64,000 bases of DNA from Blastocystis sp. Blastoise (GCA_039096225.1 JBBPEB010000020.1:248001-312000); one strand, 5' to 3'; positions 38,589 through 53,519 are shown, counted from the stretch's first letter. Notes: generated by a model from the letters alone, not told the origin. Translations and numbers: made by a program.

Positions 38589-39160
38589 TTGTTTTAAAAC
38601 AATTATTCTTCACCTCGTTAGACATTATATTATTTAAAAAAAAATATAAAATTTCCATAAATAATATATTATATATTGATTCTATTAAGGATATCTATTT
38701 CAATTAAAATCATGTTTTTAATAATGAATAAATGAGTTTAAACAAAAATAGATATCATATTCGTAATCCCCGTAAAATTTACTATATATTTGGCTATTTT
38801 TTTATTTGATTACTCAATATCATATATTCACCCACATACCAAGCAAAAGTCAATTGAGCAATTGGTCACGTACACCTTAAAATGGTCGTATCAATATATG
38901 GGTAACACCATTCAATAGGGAATTTTATGCTGATTTCAACGGTGTATCAGGCATGTCTCAACGATGAGTATTTCCCTATTAAAAAAAGGAATTACAATTG
39001 ATTTATTTCTTTTATCAATTGGTATTGTAAAAGGTCATTTTTAATAGTTGTGTAATCAAATAAAAAGTATTTTTATTATTAAAACAATAAAACAAAACAA
39101 ACTAATAAATAAATAAATAAAAAACAAGAAAAACAAAAACAAAACAACAAGAAAGGTCAA

Positions 39161-39631
39161 TTACTTGTAGTAGTACTTGACCTTCTTGACTAGTCTAGGG
39201 TGTTTCTTAGAATGATGTCTTCTTGAAACACCCTGACTAGTAGCAGAAGAGTGGTCTACTCCATCAGACGTATTGTCTGAAGGAGCAACCCAATTGGGAT
39301 CACTTGGAGGTATCAGAAGGCTTCCATCCCTTCTCCAAGTCACATTAATATGACTTGGAAGCCTCCAAGTAAGAGCCCGAACCTGCTCAAAGAACGCCTC
39401 AAGAGAAAGAGGGTCCAATTGAGGAACTACAGGTTCAACCAAAGCATCAGTAACCTCACTATCATCATCTGAGCTAAGTAAATCATCAGTATTTCTTATA
39501 ATTTCATCAGATTCATCTATATATATAATAATAATAATTGAACAGTTCAATTGTATACTGTTAATTGTTCCTAAGCTAACACTGCTCGAAGTATTCATAT
39601 TATTTTTATCAATAGTATCTAAAACACTCAT
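39161..39631 (-). CDS. Two-exon hypothetical protein (acidic middle, basic tail)
   Basis: ORF containing a short GT-AG intron at ~39518-39558; TGTTTTGTT-rich 3' region. Confidence 0.6.
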   Translation of the reverse strand: MSVLDTIDKNNMNTSSSVSLGTINSIQLNCSIIIIIYIDESDEIIRNTDDLLSSDDDSEVTDALVEPVVPQLDPLSLEAFFEQVRALTWRLPSHINVTWRRDGSLLIPPSDPNWVAPSDNTSDGVDHSSATSQGVSRRHHSKKHPRLVKKVKYYYK

Positions 39632-40034
39632 TTTATAAAATTAATACCTTATTATAAAATAAATAAAATATGAACTTTTAGAGAGAGCATTTCAAAGATA
39701 AAAATCAATCAGAGAAACTCTGGTTTTTATAAAAATCAATGTTTTCATTGGTTGTTTTTCACTAAAAATGGTTTTTTCCTTTACGTCTTCATTTCTTATG
39801 TTTATCAATGGTTTTTATTGATAGAAAACATTTACTATACATAATTGATTTTATTATTATAATATTATCAATTGAAACTTTTTTAAAAAATTAATATTTT
39901 AATAAAAACATATATTGTTGACTATTTTATTCAATTAATAACATATTTTATACTTTTAAACATTAAATAATATAAATAAAAAATAAATAATATAAAATAA
40001 TAAAATAAAACATATAAACAAGCTTCCAATTGAA

Positions 40035-40397
40035 AAATAAAAAGAGCCAGTTTTGAATTTTTTTTTTCCAAACTCTGTAGATATAAGGGGATTATGGGTT
40101 TATTGGTTTATGAAATCCATAATCCATAATCCAAAAAAATATTTTATAATATTAGGGAATTAGAAATCGATGACGCACACCCCCAAATGAACCAATCAAA
40201 TCACTTTAAAATTACTATTTTGATTATTTTTAAAACTACCCTTACTTTTATCACTTCCCCATGTTTCGGAAGTTTTAATAATACTTCAGCCGAGATCTCC
40301 AGCACTCGTCTATTACCCCTGATCGGAAAATCAGTATGATTTTCCGATCAGGGGTAATATCGAGTGAAATACTGGAGATCGAAGAGCGGAAGTATTA
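40035..40397. repeat. Terminal module copy 2 with hairpin 40279-40397
   Basis: Homolog of 7905-8266 with compensatory stem changes. Confidence 0.9.
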
Positions 40398-41381
40398 AGA
40401 ACCTTGCGTAACTGACTGATCAAAACAGAAATGTTATAGTCAAACAAAATATACTAAGGTCAAACGCAATCACGGGAATCAATCTTTTTAGTATTTTTCA
40501 TAGCCATTGACTTTGTGTTTCGCTTTTGATCATGTCATTGGCGATTGATAATAAAAAAAGAAAAAAATATTATCAATAAAAATTGACCAATATATTTGTG
40601 AATGATAAATTGTTTAGCCAATAGTCGTATCACTACTTCCAGTGGCATTACACTTGAAGATTCTAAATGATAAAATCAATAGTGATTGATATAAGAGGCA
40701 TATTTATAAGGACGTTTTCTCCTTAGCCATTCATTATTTTTTGACAATTTTTTGGCTATTTTCCTAACTTGACCTATATTATACTTGGTCAAAGTTTAAA
40801 GTTGTTCTGACCATATGGTCAACATTCCTCATTGTGTATTGACGGTTTGAAGGTATGTCCTATATTATACTATGCTATATATATCTATCTATACTATTTA
40901 TAGGGTTGTGTGTTAGGTTCTTATCAGTGCTTTAAGTAGATTCTTTTTAACATTATACTATCCTGCAAGCAAGAGTAACACTATACTATATAAAAGGTAA
41001 GAGTCATAATAATAGAGTGTTATGTCAGTGTCTATCTTCTTATGAAGTACTTATACGACTACAACAAGGGATAATGACAGATATACTTTTTATTAACTAT
41101 ATTGTAATCCACTTACTGTTATATTATTTATTTATGTTTATTTTATATGTATTTAGTATTATGTCACACTTACTCGTAATAAAAAGAATACAAAGTAAAG
41201 AAGAGAACGAAACAAAACTGATAGCTTATCTTTCTACACATCAATAAATCAAACAAACAATCAATAAAATAGTTTGTGTATGTTATTATATCTATCATAA
41301 TATTATTATTACTATAACAATAGAGACCTATATAATTATAATATATAGGAATAAATATAGAAACTAACTAAACATACTGGC

Positions 41382-42546
41382 CTAACTGTTATTGATTGAA
41401 CGTAAATATTTCTGTTGTGATTCTTTGTGTTTTGTTGCCTTTTGACGATGGAGCTGTTCTATCTTATCATAACACACAACGAGTAACTTGTATTCTTCTT
41501 GACGCAAGGGTGATAACTTTATATGCATATTAGTTAGATATGCTAGGGCAAGGTTAAAGGCATCAAATCTTTCTTCGGAAAGCATGAAAGGTTCTTTAGC
41601 AGCACGAAATACTTTTATCATCCTACCAAAGAAGTTTTCTATTAATATTCTATATCTATTATAGGTAATATCGTTACAACCGGTAGCAAGAGTAATCAAC
41701 TCTGGACAGTCCTCACAACGATAGCCTTTATCACCCATTATGTAGACGTAGCTAGTAGAATCTCCAATATTTGTCATCAGCTCATTGATACCTGCCATGA
41801 TTTGTGGTTTGAAGAGTCTATACATAGAGATATCTGCATTTGAGCAGGGCATAGAAGGGCTTACATAAAGACAAAGTCCTTCATGATTAACTATATATTG
41901 TGCTGATAAGCCAATACCTTTGAACTTGTGAGAGAAATACTTCTTTCTCTGTTCGAACGAGCAGCTAATTGATGATAGACGCTGATGTCTACCATCAATG
42001 ATGAATCGTGAGTTTCTAGCTGGTTCAGATAGTCTTTCTTTCTCAACAGGAAGCAACTTCGTAGACAGTCTTGGACATCCAAGAGTAGTATCAAACGGAA
42101 CAAAACATTTCGATATAGCATCAACACCTTTAATAATAGCTGTTCTTACCTTTGATCCTTTCTCTTTCAGCTGCGAAGCAATAGTATTTATAGGTATTGC
42201 TCTCTTCAAGTAAACTAAACCTAGAAATATTGATTCGTTTGGTGGAAATGACTTTGATCTTTCTCCTTTAAAGTGTAGCATAACTATTTAGTTTAGTTAA
42301 ATAAATAAATTATATACCTGATTGAATTATTTCTTCAACTACGGATTGAGAAAAACCTACCAACGATTCACAGCTTGTATCCGACAATTTTGCATGTAAT
42401 AAAGTTGGATATAATGCTTTTTCATCTTCATCAACGTTGACAATAGTATTATCAAGTTCATAAAGTGTAACCTCTGCTTGTAATTCGGCTTCAAAGTCAT
42501 GACTAAAGTAGTTAAACTCTAGTATAGGAGCAGGATTTTCATCCAT
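41382..42546 (-). CDS. PIF/Harbinger-ISL2EU-like (DDE_Tnp_4) transposase, two exons
   Basis: Intron 42284-42317 joins the ORFs. Motifs: HTH region LVYLKRAIPINTIA; FIIDG, KYFSHK, NAD, MGDKGY, RILIENFFGRM. Possible degenerate TIRs at ~40398 and ~42975. Confidence 0.85.
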
Positions 42547-43078
42547 TATTAAACTACTATTACAAAATAATTATTTATGTAAAACTATTGTAATTAAAAT
42601 ATTCATTTGTGGTGAAAGTATTGAATGGTATATTGCTAATGATGTCCATATTTGGCCAATTTGATATTTTTTTTCATATAAAAAATTAGATATATCAATC
42701 ATATAATATAGGATCATTTTATATATTTCCATAAAAATATTTAATAGCAATTATAAGTGTAATATAATAATGATAGAATATATATGTTTTGATAATATCA
42801 CTTGCTATGTAAATACCTTTTTTTGTAAAAAATTATATCAATCGTTATTGATTTTTGTTTGTGAAATCAAATATAAAAAAAGCAATCAAACACAATAGAG
42901 TATCTCAAAAAATATCGATATTTATTATTGAGAATGTCATCCGTTATTGTGATTGATCAGGTAACCAGGCTTCTCTCCAATTATTGAACTTTTAAATTTT
43001 TAAGACAAGTGATAACTATAATCGCGCTTTATTCAATAAAACTACAAATGATTGATCAATTTGTTTTGATTCTTTATT

Positions 43079-45001
43079 AAAAATTTTTATTCAATAGTTA
43101 TTTATTATTTCAAATCATTCACATAAAATAATTCATTTTTAATGTCATATATCATGCTTAGACATCATATAAGTACTTTATAAATCAAAAAAAGAATATT
43201 AGAAAAATGTTAAAAAAAAGTCAAAAATATGATAAAATTCATATTATTATATCATGTATTATATATGCCTTTCTCCTTGAATTAAGGAGTTAATACACAT
43301 ATGACCCCATTTTATCCAGCTACACATTTCATAGAATGTGTATATGCTGATAAAATTCATCTAAATATCATATCTCGTGACATAGGGTCCAAATGGATCG
43401 ATAAAAAACTAAAAGACAATTTTTTAAAAATATGAGTTTAGTCAATTCAATGAAAATCAGTCGTTTGTTATTTAATTTAAGAGTTAAATAGCTATATTAC
43501 TTTGAATTGTTATTAACAGTCTTTATAAAAAAGAATTATGAATTTTGGATAAGGTTTGACGGAGATATTCACCATATGTCAAACATAGGTAAAAAAGATT
43601 TTCGAAAAAATCCAAAATTTTTGTTTTTATTTTTGATAGCCTTAAATTTGAAATTTCAAAAGACTATTATACGCACGTTATTTGTAGACCATATGTATTA
43701 TAAAACATAAAAAAAAATTTAAATCCAAGACAAAAAAGTTGCAACATATTGCATTCTGACCACATGTCGATCTATCGGATATGAGCTATTAAGATATGAT
43801 TCCATATAGAAATATATCGCTGTATACGAATCTAAACGATATAAAACGATTTGACACCTCTATCCTCGTCAAAAGACCACTTTTCCAATTTGGCAAAAAC
43901 TGAATCATTTTGTACGAAAATTTTCATTTTTTTTTAATTTCGACTTTTCTCAGCGATGAAGAATCGCCATAAGACGTTTGATACAAAAAGGCACATCTAC
44001 GTTGTCTAAAGATTGTGACTAGCTTGCTTTTATTTTATAATATTGAAATCTGATGAAGATATTCTAATAACAAAGTCAAAAAATATTTTTTTAATGTTTT
44101 TCACTTAAATGAGTCTAGAGACCTCATTTATAGGTTAAGAAAGCTAATGTAAACGAAAGACACATCTATATGTTATGCTGATTACATATTGGTGTCATAG
44201 GTAAGTTTTCGATCATTCTTGGTGGTGAATGACACATAACAAATTTAGGTATACACAGATTTTTTGCACAAAAAAAAATCTTTTTTTTTAATTGATCAAA
44301 AACAGCTCATTTAAGTTATATAAATGGACTTTGAGTGTCAATATGTGTTGTACACAATATTCGCCACCAGTTGGACACCTTTTTAAACTTTCAAGACAAC
44401 CTTTTCCAAAACTGATCAAACATGGTGACTCAACATAAAACTAAAACTGTGTCCGTCTACTAAGGCTCAGTGCCCCTTTTACTTTAGAACACGTTTTAGT
44501 CAACACTTGAGTCAACATTCACATCTCGAAATGTAAAGTTGTGTCCTTTTAAAAATCTGATCGGAGGAAAATGATTTTCTAGTGGAAAAACCTACATAAA
44601 ATAAAAAATTGTAAACTAAAAAGTTTTATAGTGGTCACATAAAAGGAAACCAAAAAAAATTAAAAAAAGAAAATTTCAGTATAAATAGAAAATAAAGAAT
44701 TCTATAGAATTTTTAGAATTCTAAAAGAAATTTTAAAAAAACAATTGAAAATTTTAATTTACTATTTTGAAACACAAAAAAAAATCAGCAAATGAATCAA
44801 TAAGCCCCTCGAGAAAATTTTTTTGTAAGTCGTTTTTTGGCTCGGATTTTGACGTTACAATTTTTTTTTATATAGGTCACTATATATATAAATTTTATAT
44901 ATGTTATTAACAATGGGTAAGAAATTATTAATATTAAAAAAGTTATTCCCGAAGTACGGATAACCAAACCCCCGATTTTTCTTATCACTTTATTATATAG
45001 A
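43079..45001 (-). mobile_element. Truncated Helitron 5' end (1.9 kb), inverted copy of 14111-16033
   Basis: The reverse strand starts A|TCTATATAATAAAG and is near-identical to 14133-16033. Confidence 0.85.
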
Positions 45002-46557
45002 TTCTTCCTTCTCCTTCTACTACTATTGAACCTGCTATTCCTTCTTCCACTTCTATTGATCCTGCTACTAATTCTATTTTAAATTCTAGTTCTAATTCTA
45101 CTTCTTCGTCTTCTTCCTCCATTTTGAGATTACCATCTGTTATCAAGTCTATCAAGAAATTTATCTCTCCTTTCAGATTTAAATCTATTGTAACAAAAAA
45201 AATGACGACTAATTCTCAAAAAAGAGAACAAATTACTAGCCAAAAAGATCCTCTTCCTTCTGATAATAGTTCTAATCCTACTAACCATCTTGAGAAAGAA
45301 TCTCGAATTGATGATAAAGAAGGAATTAGCCACTCCTTCTCCACGCTAACTCCTAATTCTTTTTCAGATAGACCTCCTGCTTCTAATCAATCTCAGAATA
45401 ATACAATTCTTCCAAGACCAGTAAATCCGCATAATGTGATTCCTTCAAATATATTTGGAAAAAGAATCACATTTCCAAATGGTTGTACAAATCCAGGTAA
45501 GCGAAAAGAGGGTATCCTGAGTAAAACAAGATATTCGCGAAAGACTGGTAGTGTTAATTCAGTTGGTCCTCAAGAATTTTTTCCTATCAAAAGATCTATG
45601 GAATCAGAAGGTACCAATCAAAGCAAAAATAAATACCCTGAAAGTAAATTTGATGGGTTTTATGATGAAAATAATATTTTTAAAAGTAGTTTATACTTAA
45701 AAAAATGTTTATCTTCTTATAAGAGAAATTCTGAAAATAAATTGAATATGAATACATATAAGTCTAATAGAAATAATAATGATGTTCAAAATGAATGGAA
45801 TCTTGATATAGGTAAGTATAAAGGTAAGTATAGAGGTAAGAATGTAGATATAGATATTGATATTGATAAATATTTAGATACATATAAAGATAACTATATA
45901 GATAAAGATAAAGATGACATAGATAAAGATATAGATATAGATATAGATATAGATATAGATATTGATATTGATAAAGATATTGACATAGATAAAGATAAAG
46001 ATATTGATATTGATATTGATATTGATAAAGGTAAGAATATATATACATATAGATAAAAAATATGATGATGAATTTATTTATATAGATAAGGATGTGAAGA
46101 ATATAACAAGAATAAAGGTTCCTCTATGAAAATGAATGATAAATATTCTATAGATAATTATAAACGTGAAACAAATAATGATTTCTTCTCTCCTAATATG
46201 ATAGATATATATGATGATTCTTTTCATGTTCCTTTCTCACTACCTAATAATTCTATATCACCATATCCTTCTATATCAGGATCTTATTATAATAATAATA
46301 ACACTATTTCTACTTCAAATGATTCTTCTCTATATTATGATTCTTCTATTAATTATCATTCTTATATGAATAATTTTTTACCTTCTCCTCCTTCTCCTTC
46401 TTATCCAGCTTTTTATTATCTTCCTTCTATTTCTTCAACATATATATCTCGTTCTCGTTCTCGTTCTCGTTCTCGTTCTTCTTCTCCTATTTCTTTTTCA
46501 TCTTTTTCTTCTCGTCCTTCTTCTCCTTCTTTTTCAGAAGAAGATGAATTGAATTAA
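45002..46557 (+). pseudogene. Low-complexity Ser/Asp-rich host-like coding remnant
   Basis: Two ORFs separated by stops; (DI)n and (SR)n repeats; 5' part cut by the Helitron end. Confidence 0.35.
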
Positions 46558-49500
46558 GTTTACTCAATTCTTCATTATATAATAAAAATTAAATAAAAAA
46601 AAACATTTTCTAAAACTCAAAAAAACAACTTTATTTATTCAATTACTTCTTCTTATATTCAAAATATAATTAAAATTCTTTATGTTTCTTATGTTTCTAT
46701 ATCTAGTTTTATATCACCACTATTACTTCTAGATAGAACTTTATTCCTAATTCTATTATTTGATCTCTGTCTGCCACCACCTCTCGGTCTTCAAATAATT
46801 CTATCAGCGAATAAATAGAAACTTACACTATGAGGCATTCCCGTAAATATTATTTGCAGATCAACGCCAATTGTTGTAGAATTATTTTTAAGATTAATTC
46901 AGACATATGATTAGAGAATATATTCACGGGAATAGTTTTGTGTAAAAACTGTCCTCTTTTTTAAGAATTTTCAATGATTTTCAACAAAATTTAAAAAAAC
47001 ACAACAATTTATTAATAATTACAAATTTTAATAATTAACACATAAAAACATAATAATATATATATATATAGATATAAGAATAAGCAAGACTTTTAATTAT
47101 ATATAGTTTCTACTAGCCTCTCCTAGTTTCCATTACCCGATTAAGACTAAAACTAAAAAGAAATATAAAATTAGTATAGTAAGATAATATTATTAGATAA
47201 TACATACCTTTTTGAAGAACTTTAAGTTAAGACTAGCAGAGGAAAAGGAAAAACTATAAAAATGAATTATAAAGTTAAAATATATATATAGAATATACCT
47301 TAGAAACCTTTGTAACCCTTATAGGAATGCTTACAGAGGACAGAAATAACCTATATAGTATAATAATAGTTAATTGCAAAAAATATATGTATAAATAAAT
47401 ACCTTTAAGATAATACAGACCAGGCCAGGAGGACTTGATACACCACGCATTAGCTATAGAATATAAAAATAGTTAATCTATAAAATAATGAATGTAAAAA
47501 CATACCTTAATACCAAGAAATCAATATCAGGATAGGTTTTTATCACCATGGTTTAGCTATAGAAGATAGAATAAGACATATAAAAATATACCTCAAAAAG
47601 AATGAGAAAAATGGAGCCATATTTGTACTTACTTTGAAAAGAAAGACAGCCTATATTATATAAGATATATAAATAATATAAATTACATTTTAAAAAACTT
47701 GTAAAAAAGCTTTAATGGATTTTAAATAAAAAGATTTATGTCAAAATACAAAACATTTTTACACAAAACAAACATAGGGTGGCCCTAAAATGAAATCTTC
47801 TGTTAATTTAACAAAAATCTATTGAAAAATGAATTTTTCCAGGGGCTATTGCAATTCGTTTTCTTCTATTTTTTAGTAGAAACAGTCTAAGTAAGTGAAA
47901 ACTATTTTTTTAAAGGTTCAAAATGATTAAAAGTTGAACATTCATGTTCATAATGTGATTCTGAACTTATTGAGACCGAAGAAAGTAATTCTGATGAAAT
48001 GAATTTATATTTAGGTAAAATAGTTGAATATATCAGTATATTAATGTAAATTTTTTGATATCGAGGTTAGATAAAACAAAAATAATAATTTGTAAAGATT
48101 CTTGAAACTGATTAATAACACATTCGAGAATTATTTTCTAACTGCCTTTTTATTCTATTTATATTGAGTATTAGAAAGTTAGTAAATGTTAAAAATAAAA
48201 CATTTTTCATAAATGAATATTATTTTATTGTGTTATTAAATAAAAGAGAATAAAAAGTATATCAAGTAGTGAAACACTGAGTATGATTCTTTCTGTTTTA
48301 TAAAAAAGACACCAAACTAATATATTATTATAACAGTATAACAAGAAGTATATGATATATTAAAATATAAAATAAAAGAAATAGAATAGAATAGATATAT
48401 AAAAAAATATAGATAATATATGATGTATATATATAGTTAGAAGACTTTGACGTACAAAACAAATCACTATTACTATATATAATAATCAATTATTTCGATT
48501 ACATTTAATATAATAAGCTTAATCAGAAGAATATTTATTTCTTAAGTAAAAATAATAACATAATGAAATGACATATTTTAAAGAAGAAGATAAGATAGAG
48601 GAATATATATATGTATAAGTATACTATAAGATCGTTAATATGTTTTTATATTATTTTTTATTAGGAAAAAAACAATACTTAGGATTAGCAGGTTTAGTAG
48701 GAGAACTTGATGAAGCAGTAGAAATGCTTATTTTAATAGTAATAATATCAAGAATAGTTAGGAGTAGTAGGACTAATAATAGTAGTTGATGTAATAATAG
48801 TAGTAAATGTCATAATAATAGTAGATGTAATAATAGTAGTAGATGTAATAATAGTATAAGATGTAATAATTATATTAAATAGAATAATAATAGCAGATAT
48901 GATGATAATATCAAAAGTAATAATAGTAGTAATAATAGATATAGTGAATAACAAAAAGGCAATTGTAATAGTATTATTATTGAACAGAAACAGTAGGAGG
49001 ATTAGTAGCATAAGTATTATAAGAATTATAACTAGTGGAAAAGTATTCTAAGTTTATACGTTTTTGTAGAATAGATATACGTTATAAGGTATGCAAGGAC
49101 ATGAAGAATACTAGTCTTCTTTGTTTAGATGATAGTTCAATAATAATATTAGAATAATACTAGTATTAAATATGTTATATAACTTCAAGAAATATAAATA
49201 TACTATAAAAACAGAAACAATCCTAATACTTGGAGAATTATTTGGAGAATAGATATTATATATTATTTATGACATATATAAATATTATTAATATAATAAA
49301 CATATTATTTGTAGGAATAGCAAGAGTAGTAAGAGTAGTAACTTGAATATATCAAGTTATTGTAGTAGTAACACATATATTAAAGGTAATGGTATAGTGT
49401 TTGAAGACTGTTTTAAATAATAGAAGCATTCATAGAATTAAATTAATAGTAAAATTATTATCAGTACCCAAATATTAACATATACATAAACTAACACTGA

Positions 49501-50147
49501 TAGGCAGGTTTTTGAAATTAGACATCATTTCACGACCTTTAAGACATGAAAAAGAAAATAATTGGTCTTAATTATTTTTAGACATACTTTCACGAAATTT
49601 TAAGACATGTAATCATAAAAAAACAAAGAAAATCAGGTTTTAAATATTAAATATAAACTTTTATTTAATTATTTATGGCTGTATGCCTAAATCAAGGATA
49701 ATTCATTTTCTATAGTATAATAAAGTCATTGACAATGCATGGAAGCAAAGAAAAAATTATAGTAATAGACATCATTCATTTATGTCTGTTATCAAATATC
49801 AACATCATACTGTTTTGTTATGATTATCAAATTATATGTTTATACATCTAGGAAAACAAATGTTGATACTGAAAATACCAAATATTTTAAAATGGATTTA
49901 CTTAATTGACAAACTATCAGACTTTTGGATGGCTTATTTATTTTTATATTATGTTATTGATATTTAGTTTAAATTAACTACACTATTTAAAAAATTATTT
50001 TCATATTCAGAATGTAATTGTCAAAATTTTTTTGTCAAAAACTGAAACGTTATTTGTCATTACTTTTCATCTATAATAAACACTAAATCAACACATTCAT
50101 CGTATTAAAACAGCTTTATAAATGTATATAGACAAATATAATTATTA

Positions 50148-52590
50148 CAGTGCTTTGCAATTTACAATTGCACTGTTTGCAAAATACTTTGGCTTAAAAT
50201 TTTTAAAAAAATCGTGAAAAATTTTTTTTGCAAAATACTTTGGAAGCCAATTTTTTTTTTGCAAAATACTTTGGCATCATGAAAAATTTTTGCAAAATAC
50301 TTTGGATTTGACTTTTTGCAAAATACTTTGGCTTTGACTATTTGCAAAAAACAATGGATTTTTTTCAAAAAACAATGGATAATTTTGCAAAAAACAATGG
50401 ATTTACATATATATATATTAATAAAATTTTTTATTGGGAGCCTACTATAAGGTCAACCAAAATTGCCCTAAAAGCCGATTCAATTTTTCTTTGATTTTTT
50501 ATAGTCGGCTTTTAGGGCAATTTTGGTTGACCTTATATGACTTTGGGAATATATTTTTTTAATTTTTTTATTTTACTTTTAAATGACGTTTTTAATGAGA
50601 TTCGTGTTCTAAAAGAACATTATTTATGTTTTTTATGTTACAATAAACAAAACAAAATTTTAAAAACTGAACAAATTTATATATAATATATATATAAAGT
50701 ATATATAAATAACTGTTTATATATCATCTCTGTTCATAACCTTAGGCCAAACGTTTCGGATAGTTCCTTGGATAGTTGCACGAACTTCCATTGGATTAAT
50801 CGAACGAAAATGATTTCCAATCTTATTAACCAAATCTTCAAGATTTGTAAAGATCTTCAAATCATTTTCAGCACGAGTTTTCCAGAATCCAAAGACTTTT
50901 TCTATTGGATTAAGTTCAGGACTATAAGGAGCTCCAAAAACTAGTTGATGACCAGCTTCACTAACCTTAGCAGCAACACCAGGATCGTGATGAATGGATG
51001 CATTATCCAAATAAATCACGTGACTACCAGTACCATTGAGGGAGTTCAACAATCCACTTAAATAGGATTGAAAGATTTCAGCATTAACGGATCCATGAAT
51101 TAACTCAGTATAACCAACACCTAAAGTAGAAATAGAAGTAAGAGCAGTTATACTTAAAGCACGAGAGTTACAATTATCAAATGCTTTTTCACCTCTTGGA
51201 GAACGCAAATGACGATGAACTAAACCAACTTCCCAATGACTTTCATCAACATACACTATCATATGACCACGAGATTCTAATAAGTTCAATTTTTGAATAA
51301 CTTCTATTCTCTTTTCTTTATTAGCATCAGTATTACTAGCAGGTTCTCTATGAGAAGCAAGTTTAATAGTAAAAGCAGGTTGACCATCTTTTTCCATACC
51401 AAAACGAAGATGTCTAGAAATAGTAGAAATAGAAGCATCAATAACACCATTATCTTCTTCTTCTTCTCCTTGATTATCTTCTTCTTCATTTATTGGTTCA
51501 GGAGTAGCTAATTTCGTAGACATTTCAGTAAGTGTTATCTTATTGTTTTCTCTAATCATCTCAGTTAATCTTATAGAACCATTAACAGTAATTAACTTCT
51601 TTCTTCCTTTCTTCACACTTGATAAATCAATAGAACCACCATCACGAAGTATCTTAATGAAAGCAGATGTTTGTTTCGGTTTAATACCAGTTTTAGTAGA
51701 ATAAGTAAGAACAGACCATGTTTCACCATGTTCAGAATAGTATCTTCTTAACGCATCACGTTGAATTTGAGTGACTTTAACATAAATACGTTTAGGAGCA
51801 ATAGGAACAGTAGGAATAGTAGCAACAGGGTTTTTAGCAGTTTGAATAGGAGGAAGAGCTTCAAAAATCATTGGAACAGATGGAGCAAGTTCAAAATCAA
51901 CAGATTCTATTGGTTGAGGAATAATAGGAGGAACGGAAAGCAAGTAATCAGCACGTGAATCAGGGTTAGTAACGTCAGCGAAAAAGAGAGACATGTTTAA
52001 TAAACAAGTAAGCAATAGTATGAAGTGTTAATATAGGATATAGTACAAAATTCCTTTTAAATAACGAATAGAATTAATGATTAGAAGTTGTTTATTGTAA
52101 CATAAAAAACATAAATAATGTTCTTTTAGAACACGAATCTTATTAAAAACGTCATTTAAAAGTAAAATAAAAAAATTAAAAAAATATATTCCCAAAGTCA
52201 TATAAGGTCAACCAAAATTGCCCTAAAAGCCGACTATAAAAAATCAAAGAAAAATTGAATCGGCTTTTAGGGCAATTTTGGTTGACCTTATAGTAGGCTC
52301 CCAATAAAAAATTTTATTAATATATATATATGTAAATCCATTGTTTTTTGCAAAATTATCCATTGTTTTTTGAAAAAAATCCATTGTTTTTTGCAAATAG
52401 TCAAAGCCAAAGTATTTTGCAAAAAGTCAAATCCAAAGTATTTTGCAAAAATTTTTCATGATGCCAAAGTATTTTGCAAAAAAAAAATTGGCTTCCAAAG
52501 TATTTTGCAAAAAAAATTTTTCACGATTTTTTTAAAAATTTTAAGCCAAAGTATTTTGCAAACAGTGCAATTGTAAATTGCAAAGCACTG
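50148..52590. mobile_element. IS630/Tc1-mariner transposon with ~503-bp TIRs
   Basis: TA|CAGTGCTTTGC...GCAAAGCACTG|TA; TIRs 50148-50650 and 52088-52590 with one mismatch seen. Confidence 0.97.
50717..51994 (-). CDS. DD34E transposase
   Basis: YVDES, YLDNASIH, PYSPELNPIE; 34 residues between the second D and E; intact ORF. Confidence 0.95.
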   Translation of the reverse strand: MSLFFADVTNPDSRADYLLSVPPIIPQPIESVDFELAPSVPMIFEALPPIQTAKNPVATIPTVPIAPKRIYVKVTQIQRDALRRYYSEHGETWSVLTYSTKTGIKPKQTSAFIKILRDGGSIDLSSVKKGRKKLITVNGSIRLTEMIRENNKITLTEMSTKLATPEPINEEEDNQGEEEEDNGVIDASISTISRHLRFGMEKDGQPAFTIKLASHREPASNTDANKEKRIEVIQKLNLLESRGHMIVYVDESHWEVGLVHRHLRSPRGEKAFDNCNSRALSITALTSISTLGVGYTELIHGSVNAEIFQSYLSGLLNSLNGTGSHVIYLDNASIHHDPGVAAKVSEAGHQLVFGAPYSPELNPIEKVFGFWKTRAENDLKIFTNLEDLVNKIGNHFRSINPMEVRATIQGTIRNVWPKVMNRDDI

Positions 52591-53519
52591 TATATAATTT
52601 CATAAGAAAAAATAAGCATAATAAAATACTAAAAAAATATTTCTTTGTAACAACTAGACTTTTTTTACTGTTCTTTTTTGACTTTTTGCTATGTTCTGTT
52701 TTTTATTAGTTTTTCTTTTTGAAGTCTTATGGCTAGCTGCTTTTAGTCCATCTATATATATATATATATATATATATACCATTTTTTATTTGATCTTCGT
52801 TATTGCATATATCTTCTATAAAATAATAATAATAATTAGCATAAATATGATAATATTTTAATAATGTTTTTATAATATTTTTATAATATTAATAATCATA
52901 AGAAAAAATAATTGTATAGAAATATACCATTCAATTCTATGTTATTCATTATTTTTGAAATGGACTGCTAGAAATATTTGTATCAGTAGTTAAGAGTAAA
53001 TCTGTATCTAGTAATATTTCATTATCAGATAATGAATCATTTGAATGGGAGTTAATATTTGCATTATCATCAACTACAAGAGTAGAATCTGAATCCTGAT
53101 TATTAATATTCTTTTCACCTAAGAAAGGAAATATTAAGCTAGGATTTTCACTATAAAATAGTTTATAGTTAGCTACATATTAAAGAATAATAACGGGATT
53201 TAAAATATAATTATTTATATAATAAAATATAATGAGTTTATAAAGTAATTATGTATATTAATATTAGTATAGATAAGAAAATCTTTATATTATATATATA
53301 CAAATATTTTAATGCATGACTATTAAAAGAAGTGGATAACTCATTCGATAAAAAATTATCATCGTCTATAGTATATATATTTGTAACATTACTTTTATCT
53401 TTGATTTTTAAAACATCCATGCTTATGTTTTTGTATTCCCATATAAATTCTTCTAAAAAAGGTTTCTGAGAAAGTACAACGTTTGATTCAATATTATCAA
53501 TATTCAATTTCTATAAAAA

